Assembly: GCF_036971445.1 (NCBI RefSeq)
Contig: NC_091480.1
Location: 81,902,001-81,966,000, forward strand
Direction: 5' to 3'
DNA length: 64,000 nucleotides
From: Narcine bancroftii
Lineage: Eukaryota
Shown piece after piece: positions 37,937 through 49,259 of this stretch. Position 1 is the stretch's first letter, and each line of letters starts with the position of its first letter. A program made the position numbers and the translations under genes. Under the pieces are notes generated by a model. It was not told the origin of the DNA. It worked only from the letters and a program-made list of their open reading frames with translations, and ran no database searches.

Positions 37937-38541
37937 CAGCCATTCTCAACCTTTAATGCCTATGGACCCCTTAGGATTCTGCTCAAAGTTTATGGGCCCC
38001 CTTCTCTGTGAAGGAGTCAAGTTTAGTCAGTTTCTTCTGTACTTCTTTCCTACTGGCTACATAAAAAAACATCGTATATACACATGAATTAGTTGAATTT
38101 TGTGGACCAATTTTTATGGTTAAATTTAGGGGGTCATCTATTACACGCATATTCCTTTTGACTTCAGTAAGTACCTGCGTCATTCGAGGCATTGGGAACT
38201 CAGATGGGCAGGCGAGCAACTGGGGCTGGGAGGCAAGTCTGCATTTGGGGCATCTGGAGCTCAGATAGGTAGGCAGCCGGGGCCTAGGCAAGATTCATTC
38301 AGGGGGTCAGGAGCACAGGTGGGTGGGTAGCCGGGGCCTAGGTGAGATTCAATGGTCGAGGTATCGTGAGCTCAGAAGGGCGGGCAGCCAGGACCAAAAA
38401 TTGAGAGGGGCTGACCTTTACACAGTATTAATTATTACATGTGTATATGTGGTTTAAAAAATTTATGATTTCAGTCTGTGGCCCCCTTAAATACCCCACC
38501 CACCAGAGGGGACGGCGTACAGCCCCCATTGAGAATAGCTG
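37937..38541. mobile_element. Non-autonomous hAT element inserted in a CR1 fragment
   Basis: TIRs CAGC(C/T)ATTCTCAA. 8-bp TSD GT(C/G)TACCC at 37929-37936 and 38542-38549. It probably carries an internal nested insert. Confidence 0.75.
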
Positions 38542-38549
38542 GTGTACCC

Positions 38550-39095
38550 TATCAATGCTCACAATTATAGAAACTTCTATTATCTCCCCTCAGCCTCCAA
38601 CACTCCAAGAAAATGACCCAACCTCTCATTATATCTCATCTCCAATCCAGGCAACATCCTGGTAAACCTTTTCTGTATCCTTTCCATGTCTTCCATGTTC
38701 TTTCTGTAATGGGGCAACTAGAATTACAGCAATATTCCAAGTGCAGCCTAACCAAAGTTTTCTGTCGCTGCCCTGTCCACTCGATGCCCTGTCCACTGAA
38801 GGCAAGCACACCATATGCCTTCTTTACCACCTTGTCTATTTGCGTGGCTGTTTCCAAGGAGCTGGATGCTTAGATTTCTCTCCATGTCAATATTGACTGC
38901 ATACATTCCCTTTAAATTTGCCCTCACAAAGTGCAACACCTCGCGCTGGTCCGGTTTAAACTCCATCTGCCATTTCTCTGCCCATATCTGTAACTGATCT
39001 ATATTCTCTTGTATTCTTTGACAGCCCTCTACACTGTCCACAACTCTCCCAATCTTTGTATCATCTACAAATTTACTGACCAACAAATCTGATAC
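38550..39095 (-). mobile_element. Decayed CR1 LINE 3' RT fragment
   Basis: Minus-strand peptides SKFVDDTKIG, WAEKWQMEF and LVRLHLEYC. Confidence 0.8.
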
Positions 39096-40314
39096 ATCCA
39101 TGTTGACTCTGTGGCCAAGAAGGCACATCAAGACCTTCACTTCACAACATTTCCTGGCGTCTCTCACCAACCTCTGCGTAGGGCAGGAGCTGCTCTGTCC
39201 AAGACCACAAGAAACTGAATTGAGTTGTGAATGCAGCTCAGGCCATCACACCACCCGGCTCCCCCCCCCCCCCCCCCCCCCCCCTCCCACGACCCCAGTT
39301 ACACATTCTGCTGCCTCAGGAAATCAGCAACTATTGAAGGACACATCCCACCCTGGTCGCATTCCTTCCTCCCCCTACCCCCCCTCCCACCCCGTCAGGC
39401 AAAGGATGAGTTGGAAAACACACACCACCATATTCAAGGACAATATTTTACCTGTTGTTATCGGATTGAGTGGATGTCTCATCAGTGAAATGTTACTGCC
39501 CTTGTGTCCTGAGTCAATGTGTCCTGGGTCAGAGCCCTAGTGCCCCAAGCTGTTGGTTGAAACAGTGATACTGAGCTCTCTCGGCTCATGTTCAGCCTGA
39601 CCTCTGGCAGGATCTTATCACGTCGTTTTATCAATTTAATACAGCAATGACTAGACGTGGTTTTCAACAGGTTGCCCTGTTCTAATGGGAAGATTTAATA
39701 AAGGAGAGAGGTCGAGAGCAGTAAAAGGAGCCATTCAGGAGCAGGTAACGTGGTTACACAACACTTGCCTCGACCATTTGTACACCAACACATCTCAATC
39801 TGATTGGACATCCCAGGAAGCAGAGATGGGAACTAATACAGTTAGAGTATTTTATAGATAAGGACGTTGTCAAAAGTGGAAGTGTGCTGTCTGATTTGGA
39901 GGAGGGACTGCTACCATTTCTGAGAGATGTTGCCCAGACGGGCAAGCTTTGAAATCTATCACTGTCTATAACAAGTCAAACATATTCTACACATATCTCC
40001 ATGATTAGATTGCCAATAAAGCACAGCTTTGTGATTAAACAGGTGTTTCGAGTAAGTGCACTCCATGAATCAGGTGGTGCACCATCAAAGCAGAACTCTT
40101 GCCAGTGCCATCTCACTCCACCAATGTAGTAGCCACCACTATCTACAGTGCAGCACTCCTCCAGAGGTGCATGTGCTCAATGTGGCCCTTCCTCCATGCA
40201 GCATTCCCTGGTGCAATGTCCCCCACTGCGGTGTTCCCCTGTGCAGTGGTCCTAATGCAGTATCCTCTAATATGTGCCCCCTCTTCCCCCCCCCCCCCCC
40301 CCCCAGTGCAGTGT

Positions 40315-40730
40315 TTCTTTGGCTTGGCTTCGCGGACGAAGATTTATGGAGGGGGTAAAAGTCCACGTCAGCTGCAGGCTCATTTGAGGCTGACAAGTCC
40401 GATGCGGGACAGGCAGACACGGTTGCAGCAGAAAATTGGTTGGTTGGGGTTGGGTCTTGGGTTTTTCCTCCTTTGCCTTTTGTCAGTGAGGTGGGCTCTG
40501 CGGTCTTCTTCAAAGGAGGTTGCTGCCCGCCAAATTGTGAGGCGCCAAGATGCACGGTTTGAGGCGAGATCAGCCCACTGGCAGGCATCAAGAGATTTCT
40601 TTAGGCAGTCCTTGTACCTTTTCTTTGGTGCACCTCTGTCACGGTGGCCAGTGGAGAGCTCGCCATATAACACGATCTTGGGAAGGCGATGGTCCTCCAT
40701 TCTGGAGACGTGACCCACCCAGCGCAGCTG
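40315..40730 (-). mobile_element. RTE-clade LINE, 5'-truncated (copy 4), flanked by a ~100-bp direct duplication
   Basis: Same RTE family. Flanking direct repeats at 40201-40314 and 40730-40828. Confidence 0.92.
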
Positions 40731-40976
40731 CATTCCCTGGTGCAATGTCCCCCACTGCGGTGTTCCCCTGTGCAGTGGTCCTAATGCAGTGTCCTCTAAT
40801 GTGTGCCCCCTCCCCCCCAGTGCAGTGTAAACACACAGTAAATGTTGGAGGAACTCAGCAGGTCTCACGGCCTCCATGGGAGGCCTAAGCTGTCTTTCGA
40901 GGTATGATCCCAGTACAGTGTGTTCTAAAGTGTGTGTCTCCGAGCAGTGTCCCCTTCATACACCAATGCCTTAGAC

Positions 40977-41130
40977 TGATTTCATTAGGGAGGTTAAGGA
41001 GTTTGGTAAACAGTGTTATCAGTGATGGATATCACTAGCACCCTGCAGGCTGAGCGCAAATTGGTGTAATTGTGCTGTAAATGTGGTGCAGTTGGAACAG
41101 TTGACAGGGCAGTATTTATCTTTTCAGTGA
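40977..41130. repeat. Distal copy of the PNMT promoter-proximal 154-bp block
   Basis: About 95% identical to 36855..37008, same orientation. Confidence 0.95.
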
Positions 41131-42451
41131 CCGCACCAGGTGAGATACGATAGGATCGAGCTCTTAATTCCAGCCCTGATCTACCTCCCAATTCCTGATG
41201 TCCTACTCTTGGTGAATCTTCATCCAAATCCGGGTCTACCGATACAATTCCTTTTGATAAAATGTCACTATTGCTTTATCATGTGTTGATGTGTTTTGTC
41301 AACATCTGTGGGGGCTTGGAGGCTCCTGATATATATAAACCATCACAGGTTCAGGTGGAGGAAATGACAGATGATTGGTTGGCCTTTATTAAAAGATGAT
41401 TTAAAGATATGATTGAAGACGACTTTCTCCAATTATACTGAAAACACAGAAATGCTAGAGGAACTCGGCAGGTCTCGCAACATCTGAAGGAGTTAAAGAT
41501 ATACAACCAACGTTTTGGCCCTGAGCCCTTGCTCAGGGTGTTTTAAAAAGAAGGCAGGCACTAAAATTACCCATACCTTGAAGAAGGGCTCAGGCCGGAA
41601 ACGTCAGTAATATATCTTTACCTCCTATGGATGCTGTGAGACCGGCTGAGTCCTCACAGCGTTTCTGTGTTTTTACTACAATCACGGCATCTGTAGACTT
41701 TAATGTTTCTCTCCAATTATATTGACTGTGGTGGAGGTGCGACCCACATAGATTTGATGTGGTCCCTGTGTTATACAGAACAACTTGCCAGTGACTAATG
41801 CTATTTGTATAGCACACCTGGAATGTTGTGGACAACTCCAAAGGAAGGATATACTTACCCTAAAGGACAGTAGCAGAAGTCCATCAAGACTGGTTCTTGA
41901 GCTGTCGGTTTGGCATATGAGAAATTGAGAAACTGGGTCATCGTAATGAGAGGCAATCTCAGTGAAACGTGCAAAATTCCTGCAGGCTTGACAGAGTAGG
42001 TGTGGGGTTTATGTTCCTCCGCCAGGGTGGTCTTGACTCAAGAGTCACAGACCCACATATGGGGTGGGCCTTCACGACCAAGATAAAAAGAACCCTGTCA
42101 ATCAGATCGATAGATCTTCAGATATTAAAGGAATGGGGAAACATGGAGTTCACATCCAGAGGCCAGAGCATCACCACTTGTAACAGACTTGGACAGGCAT
42201 CAGATTCAGAATTTATTGTCATGACCATGTCATGAAATTCGTTGTTTTGTGACAGCATTATCGGTGCAAAAATTGCTATAGATTACATTTTAAAAAATAA
42301 ATAAGTTCGTGGAAAAGAAGAGAAAAATGAGGTAGTATCTGGTTCATTATCCATTCAGAATCTGATGGCGGAGTGGAAGAAGCTGTCCTTGTGCCCCTGA
42401 GTGCTCCTGTACCTCCTTCCCGATGGAGGCAGAGTAAAGAAGGCAGGGGCT

Positions 42452-43580
42452 GAGTGATAGAGTCTGCTACCATTGTGCCTGTGTCAAAGGACTCTACCAC
42501 CATGAGTCTAAATGACGACCGTACAGTTGCACTCACAAAGTGTTTTGAGAGGTTGGTCTTATCTCATCTGAAATCCTGTTTGCCGGCCATTATGGATTCT
42601 CAGCAGTTCACCTACTGCACTAACAGGTCAGCTGAGGATGCCATTTCAACAGTGCTTCACTCTGCGTTGTCTCATTTGGACAGCTCTAACTCCTACGTTA
42701 GAATGCTATTCATCGACTATAGCTCAACTTTCAACACTGTTGTCCCCTCTAAGCTGATAACCAAACTTCATCTGCATGGGATCAGCCCATCCCTTTGTAA
42801 TTAGATTTTGGACTTCCTCACGAACAAACTTCAAACAGTTCTTAGCTTGAGTATCGGCAGGCCCCAGGGTTGTGCGTTGAGCCTTCTTTTGTACTCCCTC
42901 TTTACCTCCAACTGTATTCCTATGTATAGTACAAATTTAATAATCAAGTTTGCAGATGACACCACGGTGGTAGGCCTGATTAAAGGGGATGATGAAATGG
43001 CCTATAGGGTTCAGCACCTGGCCTTGTGGTGTGCTGATCACAACTTGACACTCAACACTCAGAAGATCAAGGAGATCATTGTGGTCTTCAGGCATGTCAG
43101 AAACCACACTCACGTCCCGATTTACATCAATGGTGGAGCTTTAAATTCCTTGGCGTCCATATTTCTGAAGACCTCACTTGGCCCTTCAATTCTGATTTAA
43201 AAAGGCACAACAGCATCTTTATTTTTGAGGACCATGGGGAGATCCACCTCTGCCCCAGGATAGGGGTTGGATTTCTAGAGATGCACAATTGAAAGCATGC
43301 TAACATATGGTATTTTGGTGTGATACGGGATTTGTCTTGCACAAGATCGCAAGGCACTCCAGCGGGTTGTGAAAATTGCCCAATGGATTATTGGAATCCA
43401 GTTGCCTACCGTCGAAAACAACAACAGGTACTGGGCAGTACCTGGCCAGGTAATTTGTTGAAACATTATCAAAAATGCAACACACCCAAATCACAGACTA
43501 TCCACTCTTCTCCCATCGGGCAGACACTTCAGAAGCCTTCAATCACACACTTAGTAGGCTCAAGGAGAGCTTTTTTTTAA
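42452..43580 (+). mobile_element. Decayed Rex1/Babar-type LINE RT fragment
   Basis: Peptides ATIVPVSK, KCFERLV, MLFIDYSSTFNTV, PQGCALS and IKFADDTTVVGLI. Confidence 0.85.
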
Positions 43581-44540
43581 TGAAGCTGTGACTATGTTGA
43601 ACACTGAATCACGGCACTGAGTGATACTGCACTCACATTGTAAAATCAGGACTTTTTAACAGTTCATTGTAGAATAGTGTTGTTGGTTTTAATTGCACAC
43701 GTTGAATTGTAATTTATATAGCATTATTTTTTAAACTTCTAGTTAATGCTGGTTATATTTCATTGGCTGGTACTAGTTCAAGGTCAATAAAGTGAGTCAT
43801 CATCAAGTTTGTTGGCACACTAGATCCACAGTTGTCGGGTTGGATCAGAAGATGGTAGTCAAAGGATGTTTATATAAATGGAAGTCTGTAACCAGAAGTG
43901 CACCACAGGAATTTTGATAAGAATGTTGGTTGATCAGTAAGTCTTCAGATGATACAAAAGTTATGACTTGGATGAGAGGCAATTGACACGGGTGATAAGT
44001 TTGCGGATGATAACAAATTCATGGTCCAGTGATCACTGAAGATAGCAACAAGATCTAGATAAACCAGGGGAGTGGGCAGATGGAATTTAACTCGGACAAG
44101 TGTGAGGTGCTGAACATTGGTATGTGTAAACCAGAACAGAGCTTACAGAATGAATGGTAGGGCCCTGTAGAGTGTCAGAGAGCAGGGACCGAGGAGTGCT
44201 GGTACAATGTTTCAGGGAAGTGGTGAAGTGCACGGGGTGGAGACTCATGCTTCTTTTGCCTTCGTTGGTCAGGGCACTGAGTACAGGGAACAACATCAAC
44301 ACTCCTGTTGCATTTGCAGTATGACTCAGAATAGACTCAAGATTGATTGTAAGATTTTAAGCAGCGATGTCACGATGCATCTAATGCTAAAACAGGTGGA
44401 CTCGATGATACTGGGAATGGGAAAGGTCAGGGATTTAGTAATTTGTATGATCTTTAGCCAGGCATAATGCCTTGTCACTGTGATATTAAAACAGGAGCCA
44501 TTATTCTGTGTAGATATCCCCTTGAAAGAGAGGAATGGAA

Positions 44541-44852
44541 ACACACCAGTCAGTGTACCGATATACTCTGAGAGAGAAAGAGACAGACAGACAGAGAGAC
44601 ACCAGTCAGTGTACTGATATACCCCTGAGAGAGAGACACCAGTCAGTGTACTGATATACCCCTGAGAGAGAGACACCAGTCAGTGTACACATATCCCCCA
44701 GCACCGTCCCCGCCAACACCAACCCCACCAGCACCGTGGGAACCGTCCCCACCAGCGCTGTCCCTGCTAGCATCGTCCCCACAAGCAAAGCCCCCCCCAC
44801 CATCACCATCCCCACCAGTACCATCCGCACCAACACCGTCCCCACCAGCACC
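44541..44852. repeat. Adjacent tandem repeats: ~35-bp unit (GAGAGAGACACCAGTCAGTGTACTGATATACCCCT) x~4, then ~15-bp unit (CCCCACCAGCACCGT) x~10
   Basis: Directly visible. Confidence 0.85.
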
Positions 44853-45189
44853 AGAAGGACTCAGCAGCTGAGGAAGACCATTCACCTCACCTTCTAGAAG
44901 GGCAGTTAGGGATGGACCTCTTGATTTGTTGTAACAGCCAGATGCTGTGAATGAATGAACAGTTTTTAAAGCTCACAGGGGTGAAGTCAAATCTGGGAGG
45001 AAGGCTGAAATGACAGAGATAACATTCCCACCCTGACTAAACATAGAATGGCAGCTGTTGTATACAGACTTGTCTTTATTGAGATTCAGGGCTCGGCATG
45101 TCTCCTTGCACCACTGCTGTTACTGATGTGGTGGGGTGTTTCTCGTGATCTGACTGAGCAAGTTAGCGTCACACTGATAAATGAGTAAT

Positions 45190-46920
45190 GAACCCTAACC
45201 AGAGGCTATGGGTGAATCGAGAGACCAGGACCTGTTGAAGATCCAATCTGTGGCATTCAGACCAGGCGATTCAGAGACACCCAGGAAATGCAGGTACAAT
45301 CTTCGGAAGGCCATGAGCAAAGAGACAAATCTGGATCATGCTGGAGGCTCAGTCGGATGCTCGGCATCTGTGGCAGGGCCAGCACACCATCGCATCTTGT
45401 AGACAAAACAAGAAGATGTCATCAGCTGCACCTCTTCAGATGGGTTCAATGCCATCCATACTCACTTTGAAAGATGCAACCTCGAGAGTCCCACAGCCCC
45501 CAGTTTAATTTAATTTTAACAATACCACACGGTAGAAGGCGATTCCGGCTCATGAAACACATGGCGTCCAATTATACCCAAAGATCCCTGCCAATCCCAT
45601 ATGTTTTGGAGGGTGGGAGGAAACATGACCTGGGGAGAATGTACAAACTCCTTACGGTCATCACTGGATTGAAACCTTGGTCGCTGGCGCTGTAATACTG
45701 TTGCGCAAACCGCTATGCTAACGGTTCTGAGGCTGCCATAAGGGTGGGTGATTTCTCAGCGAGCCTCCGGTCCTGATGGTGTTCCTGATCGTGTGCTTAA
45801 AACCTGCACCAACTGGCTGGAGTTTTTGTGGACATTTTGACCTCTCGCTGCATTAGAGATCCCCACCTGCTTCAAAAAGGCATCTATTGTACCAGTGCCC
45901 CAGAAGAGCAAGTTCACCTGCCTCAACAACTATTGGCCGGTGGCACTGACATCTACTGTGAAGACTAACTTTGAGAGCTGGTTATGAAGTGAATCAACTC
46001 CTGTCTTTGGAAAGACTTGGACCCACCTCACTTCACTTCATCAATCATCACAACAGGTCAACAGCAGGTGACTTCTCACTGGCCCACTATTCTGTGCTAG
46101 ATCACCTGGACCAAGGAACACCTCTGTCCATTGACTACACCTCAGCATTCAAAACCATCATGCCTGCAAGCCCCACGACCAAGCTCAGGGATCTGGCACT
46201 CTGTCCCTCTGCAACTGGATCTTCAACTTTTCTCATGGGCAGACCCCAATCCGTGCGGATCGGCAACACCATTTTCTCCTCTCTGACCATCAACACAGGG
46301 ACAGGCTGAGTTCCCTGCTCTATTCCTTCTGCACTCACAACTGTGTAGCTAAGTTTGGCTCCAACACAATCTAAATTTGTTGATGACAAGACTGTTGTCC
46401 AAATGACTGGAAATGATGAGTCAGAGGACAGGATGAAGATCAGGAATCTGATTGGTTGGTGTCAGAACATCTATCTTGCTTTCAACGTCACCAAAACAAA
46501 GGAGGTCATTGTGGACTTTAGGAAGGGGAGGCTGAGGGAACACACACCTGACCCTAACCCTCATGAGTACCGTGCAGTTCCTGGGAGTCCACCTATCTGA
46601 GGACCTCTCCAGGCGCTAGCAAACCAAGGCAACCATGTAGAAGGCATGCTAATGCCTTTACTCCCTTAAGAAATCTGAGGGATTTGTCATGCTGTTCAAT
46701 AGAACTTCGACAGTTGCATTATGGAAAGTACACAGACTGGTGGCAGCCAGTTGTTCCCTCTAAGCTGTGCGCACATATGCATGCACAAACGGGACCGAGG
46801 TGTGCACAGCCTATTTTGTGCAAGTCTGCAAGCACACAGCTTAGGGGGAGCACTGCAGCACAGCCTAGTTTGGGAACTTGAGAGCCCAGGAAAGCAGAAG
46901 GCTGCGGAAAGCGGCAAATA
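45190..46920 (+). mobile_element. Heavily decayed Rex1-type LINE with a nested SINE and a small MITE (46748..46855)
   Basis: Peptides IDYTSAFKTI, GRPQSVRIG, KFVDDKTVV and NVTKTKEVIVDFRK. The MITE has imperfect TIRs CAGTTGTTCCCTCTAAGCTGTG / CACAGCTTAGGGGGAGCACTG. Confidence 0.7.
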
Positions 46921-49259
46921 TAGCCAAGTCTGTCACAGGCTCCGGCCCCCTGTGCAGAAGTCCCCGGCACCTCTGGGTTCACGAACTTTCCCCCACCCCC
47001 AACAGCAATGAGGCTTTTGAACTTCCCTGCAATGGCCTCATCCTTACTACAACTAAGTAAAAACACAATGTTGGACAAACTCAACAGGCCAAACAGTGTA
47101 CTTTATGCAACGATAAAAATACAAAACCAGTGTCTCGGGCTTGAGGTATGAGCTTAGATGAAGGTCTCAAGCCCGAACCGTCGGTTGTATATCTTATATT
47201 TAATACCATCGTATCATGTGTACCTGTGTGACTGCGGCAAGTAAGAGTTTTAGAGTGTCTGCACGTATCTGTCCTTGTTTAATGACAATAAACTATCGTC
47301 GTCATCCCCAGAGCCTGGCTCTTACACCCCAGGTGTCCTCCCCGTGTGTGATGTTACATCTCCATGGTTCTTGTTTACTTTGTTCACTTTATTCAGTTTT
47401 ACTTCCGCAACTAGAGAGCTCCTCCAGCCACACGACGCGGTGCAGCAGGGAACTCACCATGGTTACGTCCGATATTTATCCTCTGTCAACATCATTGCAG
47501 CAGATTCCAAGGTCATGAGTCACTATAAACCCTTCTCCACGTTACACGCCTCTCATACTCGAAGGCACTCAAGATGTGCTGAGCTTAGGATTCAGAATGA
47601 CAGAAATGTAAGTCCCTATTTTTGATGGATGATTGGTTGGACACGTCATCCCGTGATACTGACCTTCTGTCAGTGGAAACAGTCCCTCCTCACTACTATT
47701 CCCACTACTGCTTCCATCAGCAGGGCTCCAGGTCATCTTGCTGATTGTCCCAACTGCCCAAGTAAATGTCATCAGTGAGATAGACAGACATTGAACAGAT
47801 GGAAAGAAAGGGGTTCAAGCAGAGAAGCAGGCAGAGAGAACCAAAAACTAGAACGGGGACAGGCCATGAAACTTTAGCAGAGGAGGCCAGAGAGGCATTG
47901 CAACTAAGATAAAGATGACAGTCCACTTATTTACTGGGAGGCCCAGTGGTGCATTAGGCCCTAGTTCAATTCTAACTTCTGATGCTGTCTGGGTGGAGTT
48001 TGCATGCTCACCCTCTGGCCATGTGGGTTCCTCTTGGTGCTCCAGCTTCCCAAAGACTTGCGGGTCAGTGGGCTAAATTAATTCTAGTGTAATGGAATGG
48101 AGAGGATTTTCGTAGATGTGTCCAAAGGAATAGGTTGTAGGGAAATGTGAGAGAAGGGGGATCAAAGGAATCACTATGAGAGCTCGATGGACTGAATGAC
48201 CTCTTTCAGAATTTATTATCATGAACATGTCACAAAATTTGTTGTTTTACAGCAGGTGAAAAATTGCTATAAGTGACATTTCTGTAAAGATATAGAATTC
48301 AAACTGACTCATTTTTGAATGAGAATCTGTATCAATGTCGACATCATTAAGTGCTGCACCTTAGCCTCGGACTAACAACAGCAGTTAGAACCCTGAACCA
48401 TCACTTACCCCAACCCCACAGCCCCCATCCTGATCGTGCTCCACTTGGACTCATCTCTGTTAGTCTTGACCTGAAGCACAGTCCCTGGAGCTGAAACAAA
48501 CCCAGCGGTAAATCACAATCCCCACTGAGCCACTTCGCTCTGTCAATAAACACATGCTTCCAGAACATGATTAAGTGTCTGGCTACATTATCACTGGAAA
48601 CTTGGACGGTGTCTGGAATGTTTTAATTATCCCAGCACCGATCCTTTGGCAGGGAGACTTTGTGTTGATGACATTATGCCAACATGTCTCTGGAACATTA
48701 CATCCCCCCACATCTTGACACCTGATATCAGTGTCAGTTGCTGAATATCAGCCAGTGAGATTATCAGGGCAAATTCTCCCATTTCATTGCCGTGAAACCT
48801 CCTTCGTTGACCACTCTGGGCAGGTCGGCAACCACACTCCATTTTAACAGTGTATAATACATGGCTCACGATGGGCCCTTTTAAATCCAACAGGAGCAAG
48901 CCAGCTGTGGTCAGGTCTGAGGTCGCCAGTTCGGAGCTGTGCGGCCGTCACAGTTCAAGGGTTCCTTTTATTCTCACTTAATAATACATAAATATGTAAT
49001 ATCGAGAGAGTGGTTAATGAAGTCGGTCACCGCCGACAGAGCTCCTGCAAATTGTATTTATAAAGTACTATTTAACAGCAATCCAGAAAGTGTTCTGCCA
49101 TCCTTTTGCAGTTGGCAATATGTGGAAGTAATGGGGCTGGATTTTGAAATGTTAAAATGCCTAAAAAGAAGGGTAAGTCATTATGCAGCAGTCCCTGAGA
49201 CCTACCCCACAGAGTGAAGCCTCAGTCTCACCTGATCCTGTTTTACTGGGCAGACCAGG

